This document shows, one piece after another, positions 49,601-62,019 of a DNA stretch of 64,000 nucleotides. The translations under genes and the position numbers were made by a program. Under the pieces are notes generated by a model, which saw only the letters and a list, made by a program, of their open reading frames with translations, was not told the origin of the DNA and did no database searches. This stretch comes from Glycera tridactyla (lineage: Eukaryota): the NCBI GenBank assembly GCA_965644265.1, contig OZ286474.1:57288001-57352000 (forward strand), given 5' to 3'. Numbering within the stretch: position 1 is the first letter of the stretch; each line of letters starts with the position of its first letter.

Positions 49601-52600
49601 TAGATCCGTTCCCTGAATGGAGGTATCGGATCAACGAGCAAATCTCAATTTGATGAGGCAGCGTCCCATATGACAACAGGTTATTGGTTTCCAATCGCAG
49701 GAAAGAACATGATAATGCCAGAAATGACAACCTGTCGTTCATCTCGAGGGGTCAATAATAGTTCCTACCTACCACCATATTACCACCCCATTGAAGCATT
49801 ACCCCATATCTCTCAGCTTGACTTTTCGTGATCTTTCCGCATCTGGCTATGATACAATCAGGCATCTATGCGCCTCTTCATCAATCCTCGCATCCATGCC
49901 TCTAACCACCATGTTATTTATTGATTATATGATATGATGAAATCTCACTATCGCCACTTCAAAAGATACTTATTTTTGTTGGATATGTGAAAACTTGGAT
50001 TCTATGTGTCATCGAAATGAATAGGCTATCAAAAATATAGGCATTGATTTATACGATGAGTGTCCATAGCTTCCGCTATGTGACATAATGTGATGTGATT
50101 TGCATACACGTGAATGCATGGTATAGCTACATGCTCGTATAATCATAGCTTAACATCAAGAATATCATCATCGACCCTTCTCTCCTAGAGATTCAATGGG
50201 GGTTGCCTTGGTGAAAGTTTTCCGTTACTCATCATTTGAATTGCTGGACTGATGATCACAACACCCTAGAGTATTAAAAGAATTCCATTGGTGGTGGGTC
50301 TAATGGAGGCCCATGAATTAGGCAGGTAGCCAAGCATAGCAAGCCATTAGTCAGACATTTGGCAGCCATTATTGCTCCGATTGGATCACTAGCCAGCCCG
50401 CGTACTACTCATGTATCCCAATGCAATCTATTGTAGGTAATCCTTCCCCCGTGATTGGATTTGAATAGCTGGCAGGTCAAAGGGCAACTATTCATATGCG
50501 GAATGGAATGAGTTTCTTGATGGCCAGTAAAAAAACGACAGCCCCAGCGCCTGCTGAGGTGCTATTAATGATGGTGAGTAGTGTTAGGTTGAGAAGTAAG
50601 AGAGGAAGAAGGAAGGGGCAACGACAAATATAAGGGAGGGGGTTGGCGGAGAGGAGCAACGGACGACGACGGCGACAACTAAAAGTATGACAACGATGGT
50701 GGAGGTGGTGGTGATGGTGGATATGTGGTGATTCCGGTGCTTGTGATCAAAATGTACAGAGAGTCGCATCAAGATATCAGACCAAGAACCATGAGTATCA
50801 CGGAAGATTGTGTGCGTGATCTTCGTAGGCCTGACAGTACTGACAACGTGAGATGTGCAAGATAGCCTACCATACATATCGGTGGCTTGCGTGATAGGTC
50901 ATTCGCTACAACTACAACGTTCAAAGTAACAGCCTCCAGGAGATTAAACATGATACGGCAGAAAAGCAGAAAAAAATCTCGTAATGATCCGCATCATGAT
51001 CGTATCAATGTTCAGGAATCACTGTGAAGTCTCATGTAACCCAGCGGCTTCGGGGTTTTCGCCAAAACGTAAGAATAACAACATGTAGAAACGCGGCTTG
51101 TGAGCCACAAATAATCAGTCGCAAGAGATAGTGAGAAAGGATCACACCGACAGACCGACTGACACAGACGGACAGAAAGGACGAACTGAAATGGATTCCC
51201 CCTGGCTTCAATTTTTCACTATTTGTCGAACATCGGCTTGAATCAAACCAATGTCCATCCATACCAATTCAAAATGCTCTGAACGACAGATGCAGACAAA
51301 CGCCTTCCCTTTTCCATCTAATGTCAAGTTTCAGCCAATAATTCGGAATGATTTTAGAGTATACAGTATCGGAGTCGAGTATCTTTATCTAGTAGTGGGA
51401 CAAACAAAGATATGTGACGCATATTGCTTTTATCACATGCGTATGCAACGATGCAACAGGTAGTATACAGGATTGGAAGGCATGCATGGTATGGGTGAAA
51501 TACAAAGACGTTTAATGGTGATATTGGCAGCATCCATGAAGGCTCGCTAAGGGCCAAGACGGTCACCATGGAATCCTCTGAGGATTCCTCGTTCATGACA
51601 TACCAGTATAGTATAATAGTCATGATGATTTCCTCAGATTCATGAAAAATATCTGTGTATGTTTCCTGCAAAGATCGTACGTTGAACATGGAATTTTTTT
51701 TTTCAGATCACTTCTATGTACTCATCATTTCATTTCAAGCATTATGTCTGACTTAGTGCGATTATAACATAACTATAATGATAGAGGTGTAGAGTAGTCA
51801 CGCCCTTGGGTCTCCTTCTCTTTCTATGTTGCTGGTTGGAAAGTATGCATTTGGGAGGGATCTTTGTTTGAGGATGCAGGAATTTGTCACGTGAAATAAA
51901 TGACCTTCTCTCTCCTGACAATACCTTCTACTCATTAAGATGCATTTGTTCTCTTTAAAAGGAAATGAGAGTCTATTTTTGCCTCCCTCGTGTATTATCT
52001 CTGGTGCTTTGAGAATAACACCAGATCACGATACAGCTCGGTGTGAAAAGATAACATATTCTGCTTTCCATAACGAGCGTTTGGTTTGGAATGGATTCTG
52101 TGATGATAGTCTTCACAAAATCAGTTTTGAGTATAAGATTTTCTTGTCATCATTCATGATAGTGATGGTGCCGTGGCTACTTCATTTGCATCCCATTGAA
52201 TGAGATATATATTTGCTATGCATTTTCGAACAAAGGTGATTGTTTTCCATGAAATTCTCATTACACGCTAATGACACATTGTACATCTGAGATGGACCGG
52301 ATGAAAGTCACTCCTAACCACGGCTGAAGATTGCACTGAACCATCAGCAGTCATCGAGTCATTGTCGTCCAAATATTTGGATCTTGCTACCCTAGCATCC
52401 CTACTCCTATCTAATATAGTTCAGATATAAATGTAACACATGTGATGTGTAAAACTAAATTCATATCCCTGAATTAGATGTTCTGTCACCACTACTTATT
52501 TTCATGACTTTGATCATTCGGCATGCCTTCTCCATCCCTCTAACCCAAATTGTTGGGGTATTCAGAAGTTGCCACCTTCAACATGACCCATATTTTCATC

Positions 52601-53825
52601 AGACGGTTTTCATCAAATCTGATGAGCATTATCATAATTCTCCTGGGTTTTCCATAAGTCGAAATGCTGGTCACGTGTACTGATTCTCGTAACATAGAAA
52701 TCCATACTATTGGCATATTCGTCTCTTTTTTTGTGCTAATTTCATGTTCAGCAATTTTGAGTATGTCTGTCGGAACACATATCATGACCCCATATTGTCA
52801 ATGCTTCGTGCATGTTTAGATAATCTTCTAAATTCTACATATATTATGGTGATGGCGATAATAAAGGGCTCAGAAAATACGAGATCCTGGAAGGTCCAAG
52901 CACTGCAGCTCAGCAACCAACCACTTATCATCTTTGAAAGTCACGGTTATTTGAATCATTCACGATGGATAATGGGCATGTCATCGAAGATATGCCAAAC
53001 ATTGTGGTGAAATTCATATGTTTCGATGAAGTCTCATCACTGAGAGAACGTCAAGAAAAGGCTTATTTGGAAACAATACAGTTGCCAATCTCTGCAGTCC
53101 TAAAGAGAACAAGAGACGTAGCGAACTGGTTCTACTCCTACAGCTTCTCTCAGTGACATGTACTTGGTTGTATGGTGCCACTAGTTGATTGATTCCATTT
53201 GTGCTAAGCCTACTTTGCCTGACAGTGTGATATTGATGCTACTTTGAGACATCTCTTGTCATGCGGACATGATACCACTCAGAACAAAGCCGCTATTCCC
53301 AACATTGGCAAACAATCTACAGTTGCGGGGAGATTTTCCGTTCATCAATACGCACAGACAATCTCAAATGATGAATTACAAATTCAATTATTAGTACGAT
53401 GGCTTTCCACATATCCACCAGATATTTTTCCGCAGAGGTAAAGGTTTTTGCTCACTATATTATCTATACTCATGACTAGGCTTAGACTGCAATGAAATGG
53501 CGTCGGAGAAGTGGATGGCTTCCTCTTCTTCGGGGAAGCAGTGGGTGTGCGCTGACTTGCTAGGGAGGAAAAGGGTGGCATTTGAATACAGGCATCGTGT
53601 GACATCTCATGGGACTGGCAGCTGTCAATGAAATATTCGATATATTGATGATTGCTTCCCGGTGGACATTCCTATATATATGGGAGGCCGCACATAGCAT
53701 GCGAATGATATCACATCTCTGGTCAATGCTTCCTTACACCTGACTCCATCAGTGCAACCGTCATCACTACTTCCGGTAAAAACACGACAACCTCCATCGT
53801 CACCAGGTATCGCTATCACAACCAC

Positions 53826-53829
53826 CGCA

Positions 53830-53864
<35 letters not shown>

Positions 53865-54180
53865 CACTGTCAAAGCTACTACTACTACTATTTCTACTGC
53901 TATTACTACTCCGTCTACTACTACTTCCATCACTACTATCCTTGCTGCAAATACTACTGCCACAACGACTATCACTCTTACCACCAATGCTGAAAACTGC
54001 TTCCAACGCCATCACTACCTTGTACCACCTACATCACCTCCACCACTACAACTGCTGATTTGGCTACCACCACTAGCTCTCCTTCTTTCTCCCCTTCTCC
54101 TCCAAAAACTACTACTATTGCTATTTCACTACTATAAGTTCCACTACTGCATCTACTACTAATACACCCACTACTAAAAC
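53826..54180. repeat. (ACT)n microsatellite with degenerate flanks
   Basis: Direct read. It explains the poly-T/V/S ORFs. Confidence 0.92.
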
Positions 54181-56482
54181 TAGTAGCATCACTCGCTCGA
54201 CTACCATTACTTCAATGTTTTTGACTACGTCAAACTCTTTTCAAACCCCTGCTACTGCTACAGTGCGGTCGGGTGTCTGTCAATGGTGTCTATTGGTGTC
54301 TGCCATTGAGTACTGAGGGAAGGGGTATCCCGCTTGCTGTGTGTATTGGCGTCTAAATAAGTCTGATAAATTGGATCATATGATGAACACGTGTACGTTT
54401 CCCTTCTTCGTTCGGAGCAGACATGTTTAGACAATGAGGCATTTTTCCTAATCATGTTTTGCATGCTCGAATGTGAGTTGTCGAGCTATGGCCATATGGT
54501 TCATGGCTGCCTGTCATATCACCGTAACTCACCATTACCGTTGTCATTTCACTCGACACATGTCGTCGAATCAACACCGTATGAATGTTTAATGTCAGCC
54601 CCGGATAGACAACCCCTTCCCCTCTGCACTTGTAAAACACCGAACCGCCTCTCACACGATTGCATCAATTGAATATCATTTGGCTCTGAGCCTTATGAGG
54701 CATACACCATTTCATTGATTTCCAGATACTGAATCATATAAACGCAATCCTTATAAAGCACACATCATTTCGTTGAATTTACATATCGAACATCACGGAG
54801 ACTTATGAGATAAATCAACTTGGAGGATCTGCTTATATTCTTCCATCTACCATGGACCCAGCATGGGGTACCATGGATAAAACCTGTCCAATCTATAGTA
54901 TATATATTTCGATACGCTCACCAGATGGAGAACAACCAACCAATGGGTTCCATATACGTTATACGATAGGTATACTCATCTCTCATAGTAGCGGGCTGGT
55001 TGAGCGCGATGGAGGTATTTTTCTGGTTACCGACATAAACTATGAATCTCTAGATGGTACTTAGTGAGTGTATCATGGATCCAAGATTGGCCTTTCATGT
55101 TTTCCTTTCATGACCTGCCCTGATCTTCAGGCGTTGTCTCTTTGACCATCCAGATTCTCTTATTTGACATATCACGCAATGGGTACGATTTGTAACGCGA
55201 GCTCGGTTGCGTCTGCCGCCCTTGTGTGTCTCAACGAAAGCAATAAAGACAGGCCTCTCACGTGTCCAATCTATTCCGTTTGTGCCGTCCACGCACTGAC
55301 CTGTGGTCACCCATCTGAATGCCTTCGAGTAACAGGACGCCATTATGCAACCATTTGAAGTAGATAGTGATACTAGCGCAGCTCCGGGTGTATTTCAACA
55401 TGTTATAAGCAGATTAATGTATGAATGTCAGCAGAATCATTGGATCAATCAGGGGTCCAAAGTTCATAATGTACCCACGACCTGTCAAATCTCAATCCGC
55501 CTGCCCCACGATGATCCTAATCGTCCATTTGTATTTCGTGGGCGCCACCATATTTAAAGATGTTTCAGTTCAGCTCCATGTTGGAGAACTTTCGATGGCT
55601 ACACACACCCATTATCTCTAGCTGGTCATGAGTTTTGCATATTACTTTTTTGTTCTTCATTACTGTGAGTTCAGCCATCACATGGTTCTGTCTACACATA
55701 CATGAATGGGAAAGTGAATATGATCGATGCCTCATTATGTCTGTTCGAATACATATATTATCGAACAGTCACGGATTCGATTGACAATGACACCGGTGCA
55801 ATCCACGCCTGGTGATCGATCAATAAATATGATGACCACGTTCAGAATCGCGTACTTTTCTGTTATAATCAGCCAGGAATCATACAATGAAGGACCAATC
55901 AGAGCAATCTGGATCCTACAGACGCGGAGCATCATTGCGTAATATACAGGCTTTACTATGGCACACAACAATCGCTGCTATTGTCTGACTAGCAAGTGAT
56001 GCGGCCAGATTCGAGATGTATACTAGATGATGATCGGTTTCCATGGAGATGCTGGCAAGCGCCAAGTGTTCTCACTAGGGGGCTGTTACGTGACGTCACA
56101 AGAGACTGGCGTTTGCCAATCTGACCCTCAATCAATTGATGACGTATTCTCATAATTCATTACGTCATGATTCCGATCTCCGTGAGTGAGCCAACCCTTC
56201 ATACTGGGATCTGGAACGGGATCTTGAATTGGGTCTGGGATAGGATCTTCAATGGAGTCTCCCTGCAATGCAGAGTCAATTCATCAACCCATAGCTAATT
56301 TTTGTTGCCCTTTCTATGATATGAAATGTTGCGAGCAATTGAGCCCCCTCCTTGCCCATTACGCGTATCAATATAGCCGAAAGTGAAAGTTGCCAGTCGA
56401 ACATGACAGGAAAGGAAGTATCAGATTTGGCGTACCCACTGATAATGCATCATATGGGAGGCAGTTGGATTTTAGAGAAAGA

Positions 56483-56640
56483 TAATGATGATGACGATTA
56501 TGTTGGTAGTGACGACATTCATGATAATTATCGATGGTAATGATAATGATAATATCAATGATGATAAAATTATGATGACGGTGATGGCGTCATCAAAGAT
56601 CAAAATGAAAATGATGATATTGATGAGAATAATGAAATAC
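56483..56640. repeat. Degenerate (GAT/AAT)n tract
   Basis: Direct read. Confidence 0.88.
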
Positions 56641-59212
56641 TTCGAAATACCACTTTCTCTTCTCATCATTCCATCATCTTGTTATGTTTTGTTTCGTCTT
56701 TTGCGACACACACACACCTGCAATTACCAATGCCAGCCATTGCCGGAAGGCATTACTAGACTGATGGAAATTTTGGCAACAGCAAATGACTGCTGCAACA
56801 AATGTTAGTTGTTTCCAGCAGGCGAGTAAATGGCTTTGAGGTTTTACGTCAGTTTTTTCGATATTCGGTCCGAAACTCATTTCTCAACTGGGCATAATTT
56901 ATTGATGAAAATGGCGGGCTAATATTGAGGCTCGAGTATGAAACCAGCAGGTATGGATGTGTGCCGGGAGGCACAAAGCTTGCAATATATCAACGCGGCT
57001 AAGCGTGAATCAGTGAGAAATACCCCGGAGGTCCATCATATATTAATGCAGAAGGCAGTGATACGTCTCATGCAAGCATCATCTGGCAGCTGCTGACGTC
57101 GGCCATGATACCTACATCCCATCCATCATCATCAAACTAATTGGCATATATGCTATCCACCCGGTAGCTATACCGAGGTTCTGTGCGCACATCTGCCACA
57201 TCATCCATGACTATTCTTCCTAAACCGGAGAACATTGTTTACCGGAAATGATGAAGATGACAATCAGTGCTGTTATAGATTGACTGGATATTCCAGGCCG
57301 GCAAGGTGTACTCGACTGACGACATTCAGAAAAGCTATGCGTACTATTGATTGATTTATTGATCGGACAATTGATTGATGAATCCATTGACTGAATGATC
57401 TAGCCCAGTCATGCCCTATGCAATCTGGATTAGTCTCTTCTTAAGTTCCTCTGGTTCTGATGCGTTTGAATTCGATGCAGTGAGACTTATGTACAAATAA
57501 TATGATCGGTCTCGTTCGAGGTATTCCTGTGGATAGACAACTCAATATGTAATCAAATATCACAGTCACCCGGTGAATTATCATTTGTTGGCAGTCCATC
57601 CGCACTGTCAAAAGCCTTGTAGGCCCTGACCTGTGCCAGTGGTATAGCCCTTCTTGGTTTGGAGGTCTAATCATGGTAGAGCACAAGCCTATTATACCTT
57701 TGATACAATTTTGTTATGTTGGGAGAGGCTGTTTTGTAAGCACTTACGATTGTATCACCTCTGACTTGGGAGCATTGATCTCACATCCAACACATATGTC
57801 CAGCCTATCATTCAGACCCAGTAGTAAGTAGCTCGGTGAAACTGGAAACCTGTGAAAACAAACCTTTTTTCCGCAAAGGTGCAAAGACTATAGAGAGTCG
57901 TGTAACTTTTGGACGACGGATTCTGAATGATAATGCCAAAATACCCATTGCGAATTACAACTTTTGGTACTAGATCACATAAAAGTGGGAAATTGAAAAC
58001 CAAAGTAGCAAAGAGGTACCTGGTATAATCTTCTTCTACCCTGAGATTAGCTCATTTATACACTAGAGCATACGAACCTCTAAAGCATGTTGCAAACTTG
58101 ACTTTGCTTTTGAGGGGCTTTCTTTAGCAATGGCATCTATTATACTTCACCTCCTATCATCTGGACTTGGAAAGTGACATCAAAGCCAATTCCAGGCGTG
58201 GTATATCCAATCTACTACAGGTATTGGTGGGCTTTTAGCTGGTCATGGAGCATAACTGCTTCCCATATAGTGGCTTTGTTGTGAGTGGAAACCCTTGTAA
58301 TGGGCCATCAGTATAATGCATGCAGCTCGATCGACACATCAAGACCAGAAAATGGTATTATTGGGCCAAGATTCAATATTCATTTGGTACTATACACTCA
58401 CTGTAGCTGCTGCAAGATGGTGCACACAATGAATTAGGTACGAGCATCTGCGTTTCACTATATTATAACATATGAATATGAGCTTCACGAAAATACGCGA
58501 GGGAGAGAAAAAACCTCGAGGACTACACTGCATCATGATTGAAGACTTCACAATATTTCCTGCCTGGTTTGGTCCGGTTGATCATTCCATGGTCAATTTA
58601 TACATCATTCTTAACCGAATTCGGTAATATTCTTCACACATAATGTCAGCAGAGGACTGGCAAATTCAATGATCATGTGTGCAATATTCGATGAAAAAGT
58701 AATCACGAAGGGCTCATCTTACGCCACGACATAACTCTCATTTTGTGTGCTATATTGCTTTTTTCGTCCATTATTTGTATTCACTATTCCATGGCCATCC
58801 ACATGCAAAGGCCGTGCTGAGTGATGACTGTGATATTATATGAAACATCAAGCAACATCACTTGGGGCTACTTTTCTACACAGTATTCGGGTGTGAGCAA
58901 AGATGGCCTTCGTAGGATGGCTTTTGTAGTGAACATCTACTGTAAGTGGAAGCGTCGATCCCTCCTTGCAGCTTTGATATTCAGTTGACGTCCATCGGGT
59001 CAAATTTATGAAGAAACGAGTCAGTCAATAAGATCCCTGCATGTGCAGCCAGTGATAAGTAAACTTTGAATGTAAATGTAGTGGTTTAGAGTCTTGTTTT
59101 CTTTGCAAGTTCATCTGACTCCACAATTACATTCATTGGCAGGCCTGTTTGAGCATGAGCCTTTTTCATCTCACTGGGTAGTATACAACTGCAGGCTCAA
59201 AAGTAACTGCAT

Positions 59213-59475
59213 GGGCTAAGCACTTTACAATCATTATCTGTGCCTAGTGGCCAAGTACCCATTCACACCATGGTGAAGTGAAGTCGCGGAGTACAGAGGT
59301 TCCCCTCAGTTACCTCCGCACAGAAGTGCCTTCTTAGTGAGTAGCTCAGATCACATAGATCTGTGTGATGGTGCATGTTCGGTATGGTATGGTGAACCTT
59401 ATCCATGGTGGTCACCCATCCGAGGAGAAGCCCTACTCACTAATTGAAACAGTGCTGCTCAGTTGTGAACCAGAG
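59213..59475 (-). mobile_element. Probable decayed SINE with a 5S-like head
   Basis: Order on the minus strand: GGATGGGTGACCACC (59421-59407, resembling the 5S box C region), a hairpin-rich body, CTTCACCATGGTGTGAATGGGTAC (~59278-59255) and TGTAAAGTGCTT (59229-59218). The last two resemble core and tail motifs of invertebrate SINEs. Confidence 0.4.
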
Positions 59476-61314
59476 TGTCTGCACAGTCAAGAGGCGAATG
59501 CATCCACCAACAGGTGGTGGGAACTGCGATAACTTCATCTATTTTAGTCTCTTTCAGTCTTTAAGGTTCGAGCAAACGAGAGGCGATTGTCAGGCATGGA
59601 AGATTCAAAATTTGACTGTGGAGGGTCGTCATTCTACTGTAATAGGATATTCTCGGCAACAGTGGATTCCATAAATTGGTATCTCAATCTAGTCCTGGTT
59701 GTGTGGATGGGAAAATACAAATAACTGACCGACTGACATCCTGAAGAATCCGAAGCTCCGCATGATCAAGCTGCTCGCGTCAGTCTGCCAGGGATGGGAG
59801 TGTCACTGAACAAATACTGGATAGGACGTGTCTGCAATAAAGTGATGTATTTCTGGAACGTCTGTCTATGTTCCATCTCGAAATCTGAAAATCGTAAAAG
59901 ATATCAATCATATGATGCACACCATTCTTCATAACCAACCCTAATGCAGAGCACTCCTTCTTTTCCTATCTTCCGGAACATCTTACACTTATTCATCAAT
60001 GAACTGCTATGATTAACTTATTGAAACAGTTGTGAGAGCGTGAAGGTCTATGGATGATTATGGGAATATGATTTTGATCGACCCATTCTTGTTGATTTCG
60101 CAACCTACTCACATTCTTGGAAGTGCACAGTAGCTATTATCTGCTGTATTATGCTCAGCCATCCTGATGATCCCCATCCAGTAAACAACACATGAGACTT
60201 GTAAGCAGGTCTTACCGAACTTGAATTAGCACATTATTCCACAAACACCTATGATACTGGTCTCAAAGTCGACTCATATATGCCCTTTTTCTCTTATTCC
60301 CACAGATTGCCTGGCATTGTTCATGTACGGCTACAGCCGAGAAGACGCCAACTTGATACTCACTTGCAAGATGAATATACTTGAGTCTACACAATGACTT
60401 TTGTTATTCACTGCTCCGCCATTGTGTCTGTTCACAAGAGAATCTAGAGCATGTTCTAGTAATCGTGTCCAAATTGAAAACATTGTTATGAAAATTGAAA
60501 GAAGTGAATGCGTTCAAAGGAGTGGGAAGATCTGATATGGATTATCCGATTACGAATGCTCTGGGTGGTTAATAAAGTTCCGACAACCCACATGATTTCG
60601 ATACAGTATCACATGTTCAGCTTGTGAACATGGTTTGAGATGAGTTGAAACTTTGCGAGATGATTCCATGTGCGTCAAGTGTGGTAATGCCCTTCTATAA
60701 ATCAGCATTATGACTGTCATGCCTCGTCAGGAGGCGGGATTAATGGAATTTCGCAATCAACATTGCATGCATTTTTCATCGGAATACAACAGTGATGTGA
60801 GAGATTAACCGACTTCCCGGGATGTTATTACGAGTGGTTGAGACCAATCAAGATTTGCGCGAATTCAGTTATGTCCTAGCTTATTTCCAGGTGATAAAAT
60901 TCAAGGAGAGTATCTGCTACTTGGATTCAAACAATGGTGATTCCAAAGCCAACTTCAGTAACAAACCCTTCAGTATCAGCAATAGCAGACATATACAGAG
61001 GATAAGGTTCTCAGAGATGATATTTCAGATTTTTAAATCTAAATCATCCCAAACAACACTTTGAGATTCGGATGCTGGCCGGAAGGGCAGGTTTGAATGT
61101 ATTTAATGCCGATTGCACTGTTATCAAATATGGGAATCACATATCAGGTGTATTCAGTAATGGGAAAGATTGTCAATCATAACCGACAGACGGGATCAAT
61201 GGATCGTCCTAATATGTATTGTCCCAATATATTGTCCCAATACCATGGCAACGGTTGCAATGGCAACCGAGCTACCAATAGTTCACTCAAAATCACACAT
61301 TTTGACCTGGGGCC

Positions 61315-62019
61315 ATATCTCTTTCATGAAGGAACAGTTTCCATGCAACATCAATTGTGTAACCTTTTCAATCTTCGGCTAATTACATCCGGATTGCATT
61401 TTCAAGTCAAACGAATTCAGAAAAATACATGCAGCAACCGGCTACAATCTATATTCATACCCTACTATCTCCTCTTCATAATCCCGCCATGGCACCATGA
61501 TGATACTAAGCTTTCGCACTGCTCTGTATCGATGAGAATTCATGCATTGACAAATATCGGATTCTTCAGTCAAATTGATTCTTGATTATCCCAGATCTCA
61601 TACATTCTTCCTTGTCAAAACAAGAGTGAATACTTTCTCAATAATATGTTCAAGATTGCCGTATTTCGTATATCTCTTTCATGAAGGAACAGTTTCCATG
61701 CAACATCAATTGTGTAACTTTTTCAATCTTCGGCTAATTTCATCCGGATTGCATTTTCAAGTCGAAAGAATTCAGAAAAATACATGCAGCAACCGGCTAA
61801 TATCTATATTCATACCCTACTATCTCCTCTTCATAATCCCGCCATGGCACCATGATGATACTAAGCTCTCGCTCTGTATCGATGAGAATTCATGCATTGA
61901 CAGATATCGGATTCTTCAGTTGGATTGATTCTTGATTCTCCCAGATCTCATACATTCTTCCTTGTCAAAACAAGAGTGAATACTTTCTCAATAATATGTT
62001 CAAGATTGCCGTATTTCGT
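61315..62019. repeat. Recent tandem duplication, 355 bp + 350 bp
   Basis: ATATCTCTTTCATGAAGG...GATTGCCGTATTTCGT at 61315-61669 and 61670-62019. The copies differ by about ten substitutions and one 5-bp indel (read by eye). Confidence 0.95.
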
